From a virus (lineage: Duplodnaviria; Caudoviricetes), in the IMG/VR virus record IMGVR_UViG_3300020042_013168, positions 1 to 29,184 of that record: a stretch of DNA of 29,184 nucleotides, one strand, 5' to 3'. Shown here one piece after another: positions 1 through 7,922 of this stretch; within the stretch, counting starts at the first letter, position 1; every line of letters starts with the position of its first letter. The notes under the pieces are model-generated. The model saw only the letters and a list, made by a program, of their open reading frames with translations. It did no database searches and was not told the origin of the DNA. The translations under genes and the position numbers were made by a program.

Positions 1-1
1 C

Positions 2-139
2 TCCTTCGTTATGAATTTCATATTGCTTTTCGTATCCTACTCCGGCTGTTGTTTTTGCTGAGAAGTCTTTTTTTACTAGATTCCTAACTCTTTCTACGTC
101 TTTTGACTTGAATTCTTTCTTAAGTAAGCTCTCGCCCAT
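2..139 (-). CDS. hypothetical phage protein, N-terminal part (runs off the window edge)
   Basis: Read by hand: ATG at 139 (context ggttATGG) opens MGESLLKKEFKSKDVERVRNLVKKDFSAKTTAGVGYEKQYEIHNEG..., open to the edge. It overlaps the end of the 194-aa gene. Not in the ORF track. Confidence 0.75.
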   Translation of the reverse strand, partial: MGESLLKKEFKSKDVERVRNLVKKDFSAKTTAGVGYEKQYEIHNEG

Positions 140-704
140 AACCTAACTCTTTTAGTTTGTTTATAACTGATTGGATTTCTCCATCTTTTACCTCTAATGC
201 AATTCCTCCTTTACCTGCAAATGCAGATAAGTTGGAAGGCTTATCATCTATTAATATAGCATTTTCATTTGCAAAATCCGACTTAGCTTCTCCGAATCTA
301 AATTCCATAGGCGGTGCAGGAACTAGATGTTCTTTTACCCAAAGTCTTTTTCCTAATCTTGAAGCATTGTGTTTTGAAGGTGAAGTAAGTATTATTGGAT
401 TGTATGGCTCTATAAAAGACCATAATGCTCTTCCATTTTGCATCCATTCCATTCCTGACCAGAAATCAGGACCTAATTCATCTATGAAACGCCAGAATTC
501 TGTTTCTCCTTCTAGTTTTTCAAAATGCTTTGGTCTTGTTACTTGATTTATTACTTCTTTTGAGTAGTATTTAGGACCTTCTCTTCTTAGTTCATCAACA
601 AATCTCTTTTCAAAATCTGTTAATACTCCGTCCATATCACAATAGATTTGGTATTTTGGTATGAAGTCTGATTCTTCTAATAGTAAGTCTGCTAAATTTC
701 CCAT
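120..704 (-). CDS. HAD-superfamily 5'(3')-nucleotidase-like phosphatase (NT5C-like)
   Basis: HAD motif I IYCDMDGVLTDF, motif II ILTSP, motif IV ILIDD preceded by Lys (AKSDFA). Confidence 0.85.
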   Translation of the reverse strand: MGNLADLLLEESDFIPKYQIYCDMDGVLTDFEKRFVDELRREGPKYYSKEVINQVTRPKHFEKLEGETEFWRFIDELGPDFWSGMEWMQNGRALWSFIEPYNPIILTSPSKHNASRLGKRLWVKEHLVPAPPMEFRFGEAKSDFANENAILIDDKPSNLSAFAGKGGIALEVKDGEIQSVINKLKELGYGRELT

Positions 705-718
705 AACCTTTTTTTAAT

Positions 719-3529
719 TTATAGTGATTGTCTTATTCCTAAAGCTGGCATTCTCTTACGCCATAGTGCTAATATTTCTTCTTTTTCTTGAGGTTTAATT
801 TTTTGAGCGTCTAAGTATGTATTCACAACATCTGCAAATGGTCTTCTTTCTTTTTTAGCTCTAAGATACATTCCTTGTAGATTTGCATCTACTTCTTTTG
901 GTAGTAGAAAATATTCTTTATTTTTTAATAACTTTAATTTAATTAAATCTCGTATATATTGATCATCTTCCATGTACTTACCTAGATTTAGATTATCTGA
1001 GTTACCATGGGTTAGGTGTTCTATTTCGTGTCTAATAACATCTTTTAGATTCATAGAAATTTCTTCCCAAAATTCAGGTAGCATTGTAGGATCAATTTGG
1101 AAGGTTACCATAATAGCATCATCATATTCTCCTTCTGGTGAATAGTCTGCTCCTCCGTCTACTTTAAGTTTTTTAGTTCCTTGTCTTAAACCTAAGGTAG
1201 CTCGCACATCAAAACTTACATCATCCGATTCAAAAAAATCGCTAAAGCTAGAAGTTTTTTTTCCTGCTTCTACTTCTCTTTTCCAATGATTAAAAATAGC
1301 ACTGCTAACTCGATTTGTTATTGTATCGTATCTTCCTTCCGCCATAACCTTTTTTTTTGAATCACCATTTTTACTCTGTTTATCTGTCCACTCTCTAAAT
1401 GTAATGTTTCCTAATAGGTAAGCTTCTTTTTCTATTTCCTTAAGGTAATCATCCTCATTTACATTACTGGTGTTGATTTTACCACCTCCTATTCTTCCTT
1501 CTAGATTCTGAATATGATGAATCATTTCATGAGTAAAAGATCTACAAACATCTTTAGGATGTCTTCCTAGAGTGTATAGCATTACTTCCATACTGTCTGG
1601 TCTGTAGTAAGCAGTTTTTCCAAAAAAGTCATTTGCTTGTTCTGGATCTTTTTTAATTTTAATATCCGGAAGTGGTAATATATTCATTCTCTTATCAAGC
1701 ATGTATCCTAATATAGATGCAAGATACGGTGTATAATCAAAGCTATCTCCTTGCATTTCTGTTAACTTACCTTGGAATGGTGTATAGTCAAAACTTATAG
1801 GATTCTCAACTTTATTAGTTATAACTATTCTATCTTGTTGAAAGTCTACTTTAAATCTTTCATTAGGTACATATTGCTTTAGGTCGTCGTATAGTTTATT
1901 TAATTCTGCTCTATCGGCAGAAGGAATTGCAGATGATGCTGCAATAGGTGTTCCTGAAGATCCTTCTTTTACTACCTTCTTTGGGAAAAAACTTGCAAGT
2001 ACTTCATCAATTGTATCTAACATTTTATCTTCTATTGATTTTCCTACAATAATATCTCTATATTTCTGCTGATCTACTCCATCTGGTAGGTATGGTGTTA
2101 GGTCTCCTCCGGTTTTTAACGCTATTCTCACATCAGTAGCACTCAGATTCCCAGCTGCATTATCATAGTTTTTTACTTGAACATTTTCTGGTACTTCACC
2201 AAATCTACGTAGATCTTCTTCTTTACCAAAGACAGCTATATATTGCTGGTTTGGATTGGCTTTAAATATTTCGTATGCTGATACAACTGGACTTGCTGCA
2301 GGAACCGGTAGTGATGAATCGTCTGATCTAAATACTTTAACATTTGATGGTAGGTTAAGTAGTTTAAAAATCTGCAACGTCTGATCTGCAGTAACTGACT
2401 GCTCATCTTGTAACCTATCCTGTATTTTCTGTTGTTCTTTCTTACTTTTTGGATTACCTCCTGGTTCTGTTTTTGGTGATACTAAAACAATTACCTCGTC
2501 TGCATCTGCTGCTGCTGCTTTAATTCTAGCTATGTGATCTTTATGTGGTGGTTTGAATTTACCAGGAAATACTGCTATTACTTTTTGTGGTGACCCTTCT
2601 ATTGCCTCTGCTATTTGTTTGTTGGGTTCTTTTTCCGGTATGTCACTTACTGTTTTTTTGGCTTGTTGTTTCAAATTACCTTTTTCTGTACCTATTTCGG
2701 CATCACCAACATTGATGTTTTTATTAAATAATCCCTTGAAGCGTCTTATAGATCTCCCGTCTCTATCTTTAAAATTTTTTACTTTTTCTATAATTTTTTC
2801 AAAAGCATCTATAGAGTTATCGTATATGTCTATTCCTAATGTAGTTAAGATTGTAACTACATCTTTCATATTTGTAGATCTCCAAATTTGCCTTTCCTTA
2901 CCTGTCTTTCCAGGTTGTGGTGCTATATTTAAAGATAGTTCTGTTGGGTTTAAATTAAAATCATACTCCTGATCTTCCCCTGGTTGTTCTGGGTTATTTA
3001 TTCCTAGTTTTTCAAATAGGCTTTGTACCTCTTTGTCATCTAGTTCACTAAATACTGTTTTAATTAGTGCTATTGCTAATGTCTGTTTCTCGGCTGTTAA
3101 ATCTAGCATGCCATGTGTAAACTTACCCTCTTCCTTACCAATAGACACAATATTATCTATTTGTACATATTCACCATCTCTATTTGCTATTGGATATAGT
3201 GTTGATACTATATTACCATGAATAAAATACTTTTTATTACCTTTGTGTGGCATAGTTGGTATCTCATCAAGTTGTGATAAGAATTTAGCAAGCTCTTGTT
3301 TTAACTCTGTTCTGTACTTTTTGATATCACCTCCTTGTGGTGTATCCCCTTTGAATGCTAATACAATATCAATATCACCATAACTGTATTTATCTTTTCT
3401 ATTTCGTACACCAGTAATGTTATATGAGCCATCTAATCCTAGTGGCTTTAGTACATTATCTCGATAATTACGAATTGTTTGCTTTAGATTTTCTCTATTA
3501 ATTCGTGATCCTCCTGCTGCTCCGCTCAT
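719..3529 (-). CDS. 936-aa polyvalent protein: Pol-beta-fold nucleotidyltransferase + HIGH/cytidylyltransferase-like domain + two zincin-like (HExxH) domains
   Basis: ITG...SYGDIDIV plus VQIDN (NTase triad); IAVFPGKFKPPHKDH and LSATDVR (HIGH/KMSKS-like); HEMIHHIQ...EKEAY; HEIEHLTH...EVDANLQG. Confidence 0.75.
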   Translation of the reverse strand: MSGAAGGSRINRENLKQTIRNYRDNVLKPLGLDGSYNITGVRNRKDKYSYGDIDIVLAFKGDTPQGGDIKKYRTELKQELAKFLSQLDEIPTMPHKGNKKYFIHGNIVSTLYPIANRDGEYVQIDNIVSIGKEEGKFTHGMLDLTAEKQTLAIALIKTVFSELDDKEVQSLFEKLGINNPEQPGEDQEYDFNLNPTELSLNIAPQPGKTGKERQIWRSTNMKDVVTILTTLGIDIYDNSIDAFEKIIEKVKNFKDRDGRSIRRFKGLFNKNINVGDAEIGTEKGNLKQQAKKTVSDIPEKEPNKQIAEAIEGSPQKVIAVFPGKFKPPHKDHIARIKAAAADADEVIVLVSPKTEPGGNPKSKKEQQKIQDRLQDEQSVTADQTLQIFKLLNLPSNVKVFRSDDSSLPVPAASPVVSAYEIFKANPNQQYIAVFGKEEDLRRFGEVPENVQVKNYDNAAGNLSATDVRIALKTGGDLTPYLPDGVDQQKYRDIIVGKSIEDKMLDTIDEVLASFFPKKVVKEGSSGTPIAASSAIPSADRAELNKLYDDLKQYVPNERFKVDFQQDRIVITNKVENPISFDYTPFQGKLTEMQGDSFDYTPYLASILGYMLDKRMNILPLPDIKIKKDPEQANDFFGKTAYYRPDSMEVMLYTLGRHPKDVCRSFTHEMIHHIQNLEGRIGGGKINTSNVNEDDYLKEIEKEAYLLGNITFREWTDKQSKNGDSKKKVMAEGRYDTITNRVSSAIFNHWKREVEAGKKTSSFSDFFESDDVSFDVRATLGLRQGTKKLKVDGGADYSPEGEYDDAIMVTFQIDPTMLPEFWEEISMNLKDVIRHEIEHLTHGNSDNLNLGKYMEDDQYIRDLIKLKLLKNKEYFLLPKEVDANLQGMYLRAKKERRPFADVVNTYLDAQKIKPQEKEEILALWRKRMPALGIRQSL

Positions 3530-3538
3530 AGTTATATT

Positions 3539-4657
3539 TTATGTATTAACATTATCTGGTTCATATGCTTTTGCATTTTTTAATTGCTGCTTAAACATGC
3601 TTATTGCTATTTCTTTTTCTTCGTTAGTTAAGTTGTCCTTAACGTACTGCATTAGTCTATCATAGTTACGCACTATGTCCATTGTTAGTGGTTGCTTTGG
3701 TTTGTACTCTGCATTAAACACTTTTATTGTTTCTTCTGGTGTTGCTGCTACGATTTCATTATCAGCTTTTCGTATAAATCCTTTTCCACTTTTAAAAGTA
3801 TATCCTGCTGCAGCAAACATTGCTAGCATTAGTTGCCCTCTATGTAATCCTTTTATTAGTGCTTTCTTTAGATCCTCAATATTTTTTATCCCATATTTAC
3901 TAACTAGCTTATTTATATCTCTACTATCAGGATCATTTGGATTTCCATAATACTCTTTAGATGCGGCTTCTAATGTTCTTAAATACTTCTCATCTTCACT
4001 ATCGATTTTAGGTAATTCTGAGTTGTATCTGAATTTTAACCAGTCCATATCTCCGATGTCTAGATCTAGTTGAGCTCTTCCACCTGTTCCTCCTGACTTT
4101 AGGTATTGGGGGAATGAGAAGTGTATTGATCCCGCTCCTGATGCTTTATCGCTAGCGTATAGTGTTTTTGATTGTGAGTTTACTTTTTCTACTATTAGTG
4201 CTATTACTGTTCTTAGTTGCAGTTGTTCATCACTAGCAGTTTTTGCTGCTAGTCTGTATTTTGTATATAGGTCTACAAAGCTATCTTTATCGATACCCCA
4301 TCCATCTAGGTCTGCTAGTATTTGTACCTCTGTCTCATTACCTTGTTTATCTGTAAAGATGAAAGATTCTTTTGGTGTATTTAGATCAACAAAAAAATGC
4401 TTTACAGAATATGCTATATCTATGTCTCCAGATTTGAATGCTGTACCTGTTGATCCTAACCAATTATCTTTGCTATTAATAGCTTGAATTGATTCTTTCT
4501 TTTGTTTAAAAATGTTAGTTAACTCTTGTGTAAATTTTTCAATTGTGAGTTCAATATCATTTCTATCTATATCGTTTGTTTGGTATTCTGGATTATCTTT
4601 AAAGACTCCTCCACCTTCTAATACTATACTTCTTAATATTTGTGTTATTTTTATCAT
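3539..4657 (-). CDS. Pol-beta-superfamily nucleotidyltransferase
   Basis: WLGSTGTAFKSGDIDIA (GS...DxD) and distal AQLDL third aspartate; N-terminal leader MIKITQILRSIVLE. Confidence 0.72.
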   Translation of the reverse strand: MIKITQILRSIVLEGGGVFKDNPEYQTNDIDRNDIELTIEKFTQELTNIFKQKKESIQAINSKDNWLGSTGTAFKSGDIDIAYSVKHFFVDLNTPKESFIFTDKQGNETEVQILADLDGWGIDKDSFVDLYTKYRLAAKTASDEQLQLRTVIALIVEKVNSQSKTLYASDKASGAGSIHFSFPQYLKSGGTGGRAQLDLDIGDMDWLKFRYNSELPKIDSEDEKYLRTLEAASKEYYGNPNDPDSRDINKLVSKYGIKNIEDLKKALIKGLHRGQLMLAMFAAAGYTFKSGKGFIRKADNEIVAATPEETIKVFNAEYKPKQPLTMDIVRNYDRLMQYVKDNLTNEEKEIAISMFKQQLKNAKAYEPDNVNT

Positions 4658-4672
4658 GCTTTTTTATTTACC

Positions 4673-4703
4673 TAAATATAAGAATATTACTTCAAATATC
4701 CAA
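4673..4703 (-). promoter_or_regulatory. putative Bacteroidota-type housekeeping promoter TTG-N20-TATATTTA
   Basis: Minus strand TTG (4703-4701), 20-nt spacer, TATATTTA (4680-4673). Resembles -33 TTG / -7 TAnnTTTG, and has the same spacing as the site at 6435-6465. Confidence 0.55.
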
Positions 4704-4715
4704 CGATTATATTAA

Positions 4716-4723
4716 ATAAATAG
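4716..4723 (-). promoter_or_regulatory. TATTTAT motif, putative late promoter
   Basis: CTATTTAT on the coding strand in the intergenic gap; recurs upstream of four other genes. Confidence 0.45.
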
Positions 4724-4725
4724 TA

Positions 4726-5508
4726 TTAAAGTTTGATAGTAGTTGGATATGAACTAAAGATTGGTTCTGTGGTTGGGTTTTCCATTTCGTATAATCTATA
4801 GATCAATTTGAATAATTCAAAATTCTCTTCTATCTTATCTACGACTTTTAATTCCCATCCTTTTCCTTGGAATTTCTTACCGTTTTTATCTTCTCCTCTT
4901 GTAGTTGCTTTTAACCAAAGAATACCTGTTCTATCTATTTTAATTCCTTTTGCTTCTTCAATTGATTTAGCATAAGCTGCCAATTGAAGTTCATAAGATT
5001 TATGTAATGAATTTGATGTTTTAAAATCAATTAACCAAGTCTCTCCATTTATCTTACAAACGCAATCGGCTGTTCCAGCATACTTATGTATATCTGAATA
5101 AGTAAACTCTTCTGCAAAGATTAATTCCGGTTTTGCTTGTAGCCAGAATTGCTGGAATTTAATAATCATTCCCCATACAAGTTCATTGTATCTTGCATTA
5201 CCGAAATCATCCATCCAACTAATCTCTTTTCCTTCTAATAATTCTTCAATTGCATTATGGACTTGTGTACCTTCATCTCCGGCTCTTCTCATAATGATAT
5301 CGGCATTATGACCTACATCTTTTAACCAAGATTCAAAGAATCTATTCTTTGGTACATATTGTAAGATTGAGGTAACTGAAGGATAAAATACTCCTTCTGA
5401 TCTTTGGTAAACCCTTCTATCTAGAAAATTAATTTGCTTTAGTTCTGGTTTAAAATCCAGTCTCTTTTTTGCATGCTCTGTTAGGATGTTTGCTCCTTTT
5501 TGTATCAT
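4726..5508 (-). CDS. PD-(D/E)XK exonuclease (Cas4/RecB-like phage exonuclease)
   Basis: YPSVTSIL, GTQVHNAIE, YAGTADC, IDFKTS, QLAAY motifs. Confidence 0.88.
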   Translation of the reverse strand: MIQKGANILTEHAKKRLDFKPELKQINFLDRRVYQRSEGVFYPSVTSILQYVPKNRFFESWLKDVGHNADIIMRRAGDEGTQVHNAIEELLEGKEISWMDDFGNARYNELVWGMIIKFQQFWLQAKPELIFAEEFTYSDIHKYAGTADCVCKINGETWLIDFKTSNSLHKSYELQLAAYAKSIEEAKGIKIDRTGILWLKATTRGEDKNGKKFQGKGWELKVVDKIEENFELFKLIYRLYEMENPTTEPIFSSYPTTIKL

Positions 5509-5509
5509 G

Positions 5510-6436
5510 TTATGATAGTTTATAGCGAAGAAGCTTTCCTAAGTCCATTTCTTCAGCCTGTTGTACATATTGAGTGAAATTTTTAAATCCCATCTCACTT
5601 GGATCTTTGTCTTCCATATCAACTAGGTAGACCCTTTTACCCATGTTTAAAAACCTTTCTGTGTACTCTAATGCTTTTTTAAAAGCATCTTTATCAAGTG
5701 CTATGTAAATATCTTCCACCCTACTATCGACTATTTTCTTTAGTAATGATTTTGATAGTGATTTTCCTAATATCGGAACTGCATTTCTTTTAACTGCTAT
5801 TGCATCAAACACACCTTCTACCAATACAATTGGTCTATCCCAATTGATTAGATTCTCGAAGCCTATAATGTCTTTTGATGTTTCTGGATTGCGGTATTTA
5901 TTGAAAGCATTCTCATATGTTCTTCCTATAAAGAAGTTTAATTGTCCAGATTCATTATAAGAAGGTACTATTATTCTTCCTTCATAATCCCCGGAGGTAC
6001 AGTATCCTATATTATATTTTAGGAAATCTCTATCTGTAAATCCTCTCTTATATAAATAGCTTCTAACCTTGTTTGCTATAACGGAAGTATGTGATGCCGA
6101 GTGGAGTGGTTTGAATTCTTTTGGTAGTTCAACTGTATTTTCTACTTTATATCCTATCTCATCTCCCTTTCTAACATACCGTAGAATTTCATAAGCCTGT
6201 TCGGCAGGTACTTGTAATTGCTTTAGTAATGATTTAACTGTCTTTCCTTTAAATCCACATACCCAACAGGCAAAGGTATTTTCTCCTTTTTCGTTTGTAT
6301 GAAGGTTTATTTCTAGTTTTGGTTTATGATGATTGCATTTTGGACATGCAAATGCGTAGTTCTCCCTAGCTTTTTTGTGGGATTTCCCGAGTATGTTTTC
6401 TAAATAACCAAGTAGTATAGGACTTTCCATACTCAT
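5510..6436 (-). CDS. DNA primase (zinc-binding + TOPRIM); true start possibly the second Met at 6430
   Basis: CPKCNHH...CWVC zinc finger, GRIIVP, FFIGR, KYRNP, VEGVFDA, LDKDA (DxD), KDPSEM. Confidence 0.92.
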   Translation of the reverse strand: MSMESPILLGYLENILGKSHKKARENYAFACPKCNHHKPKLEINLHTNEKGENTFACWVCGFKGKTVKSLLKQLQVPAEQAYEILRYVRKGDEIGYKVENTVELPKEFKPLHSASHTSVIANKVRSYLYKRGFTDRDFLKYNIGYCTSGDYEGRIIVPSYNESGQLNFFIGRTYENAFNKYRNPETSKDIIGFENLINWDRPIVLVEGVFDAIAVKRNAVPILGKSLSKSLLKKIVDSRVEDIYIALDKDAFKKALEYTERFLNMGKRVYLVDMEDKDPSEMGFKNFTQYVQQAEEMDLGKLLRYKLS

Positions 6437-6465
6437 AATATATGAAAAAAGGCCTGTAAAAACAA
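6435..6465 (-). promoter_or_regulatory. putative Bacteroidota-type promoter TTG-N20-TATATTAT for primase/exonuclease
   Basis: TTG at 6465-6463, 20-nt spacer, TATATTAT at 6442-6435; embedded in the terminator hairpin. Confidence 0.5.
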
Positions 6466-6471
6466 GCCTTT
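6445..6471 (-). terminator. intrinsic terminator
   Basis: Minus strand AAAGGCTTGT-TTTT-ACAGGCCTTT followed by a U run (one G-U pair), just downstream of the 274-aa gene. Confidence 0.7.
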
Positions 6472-6493
6472 CTTTTATTATTTTTTACTTAAT

Positions 6494-7318
6494 TTAAACA
6501 GTATAGTCTATTACTACCATTTCCTGTTCTGTATCATATGCACTATACAATCTTCCTTTATTTGATGGAACGTAGTTGACTGTTATATTAGGGTATTTTT
6601 CCTGAATCTCCGTCTCAGCACGTTGGCTAACTATTCTTCCAATTATTTCTTCTTCATCAGATTCTTCAGTAGCATCTTCTTCATGTCTATCTATTATTTC
6701 TTCAAATTCTTGAGGAGAAATACTTTCATTTATATAATTTAAAGCACCCTCTTGTTGTTGCTCTCCACCTGGGATAATTACTGCAAACTTGCCTCCCCAT
6801 TCAGATGCTCTTGGAATATCTGGATCTCCAGGGAATGCTGATAATACTATGTATTCGTTTGGAATTACTGCTCCTGCTTCATCTTTTTTAGGTCTAACAA
6901 TTACTGTTAATTCGTTAGATGCAAATTGAGATAGTGGAGCTGTTGTTGTTACAGATGGTACTTTTATTTTATTTGGTCCTTCAACTTTTTCTACTTCTCC
7001 TTGTTTTGCTCCAGGAAGCTTTAATGCTTTATCTAATGGTAGTACTAAGTTGTATCCAATACCTGGTGATGAAACTGTTAAGGTTCCTGTTGAGTTTGCT
7101 ACTTGATCTATATTTTTAGCTCCATCTACAATCTGCTGCACAGTTTTCATAACTGTGTCAATAGGTTTTGCAAAGATTGATCCTTGACCTGGTTTACCAT
7201 GAACATCTGCTAGTTTACCTTTTAACCATTCAGGTACTTCTACTGCTTCTGCTAATAGTCTAGAGTTGTATGTTAATTTATTCTCTACTAAGAATTTTTT
7301 TAAATTAAAATTATCCAT
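6494..7318 (-). CDS. leader-bearing hypothetical protein (possible toxin-type nuclease domain + acidic module)
   Basis: Shared leader MDNFNLKKFLVENKLTYNSRLLAE; body with H..PGQGSIF, GIG and YIVLSAFPG; acidic tail after YINES. Confidence 0.7.
   Translation of the reverse strand: MDNFNLKKFLVENKLTYNSRLLAEAVEVPEWLKGKLADVHGKPGQGSIFAKPIDTVMKTVQQIVDGAKNIDQVANSTGTLTVSSPGIGYNLVLPLDKALKLPGAKQGEVEKVEGPNKIKVPSVTTTAPLSQFASNELTVIVRPKKDEAGAVIPNEYIVLSAFPGDPDIPRASEWGGKFAVIIPGGEQQQEGALNYINESISPQEFEEIIDRHEEDATEESDEEEIIGRIVSQRAETEIQEKYPNITVNYVPSNKGRLYSAYDTEQEMVVIDYTV
7247..7318 (-). repeat. shared 24-codon N-terminal leader, copy 1
   Basis: Encodes MDNFNLKKFLVENKLTYNSRLLAE. Confidence 0.95.
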
Positions 7319-7343
7319 TTTGTAATTATTTTTACTAGTTATC

Positions 7344-7907
7344 TTAATACCCGTATGACATATCCTGTTGGTTCATACTTTCAAAACCTCTTTGATCTTC
7401 TATATTATCTATCCAATCTTCTGCGTACTGATTGAATTCACTTTCTTCAATTTCTGGGTGTTGATCTAAAAATCTTTGCTTATCTTTTTCAATATAATCT
7501 TTTACTTTATCCCAATCATCTTCATCACAAGTTTCAAAAGAAGTTACTCCTGTGTACTGTCTTAGATCGTAGAAGTAATCTGCTAAAGTATCTGAGTTGT
7601 CTTCTGCTAGTGTTTCTGGATTGCTTCTTTTTAATTCTGCCAGTACAAGTTTAAATTCATCACCTTGAGGTACTACTTTATACTCTTGTCCGCCAATATT
7701 ATATACCGATCCAGCTTTGAAGTCTTGTCCATCCATTGATCCTTGTCCTAGTGCTTCTAAATCATCTGCTAGATCTCTATCATCGTAGTTGATAATTTGA
7801 TTTCCTTCTGCTCCGTTGTGGAAGTATTGCATTCCTTCTTGTAGTAGTCTAGAGTTGTAGGTTAGTTTATTCTCTACTAAGAATTTTTTTAAATTAAAAT
7901 TATCCAT
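7344..7907 (-). CDS. leader-bearing acidic hypothetical protein
   Basis: Shared leader; body is very D/E-rich with no recognisable catalytic motif. Confidence 0.7.
   Translation of the reverse strand: MDNFNLKKFLVENKLTYNSRLLQEGMQYFHNGAEGNQIINYDDRDLADDLEALGQGSMDGQDFKAGSVYNIGGQEYKVVPQGDEFKLVLAELKRSNPETLAEDNSDTLADYFYDLRQYTGVTSFETCDEDDWDKVKDYIEKDKQRFLDQHPEIEESEFNQYAEDWIDNIEDQRGFESMNQQDMSYGY
7836..7907 (-). repeat. shared 24-codon N-terminal leader, copy 2
   Basis: Encodes MDNFNLKKFLVENKLTYNSRLLQE. Confidence 0.95.
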
Positions 7908-7922
7908 TACGCTCTTACTTTA

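Noticed and set aside
719-4657. CBASS operon
   Set aside because: An NTase fold is present, but no Cap effector (patatin, SAVED, TIR, TM) or E1/E2/JAB gene is visible.
4726-5508. Cas4 / CRISPR adaptation gene
   Set aside because: Lacks the four-Cys Fe-S pattern, has no array or cas neighbours, and sits next to primase like a typical phage exonuclease.
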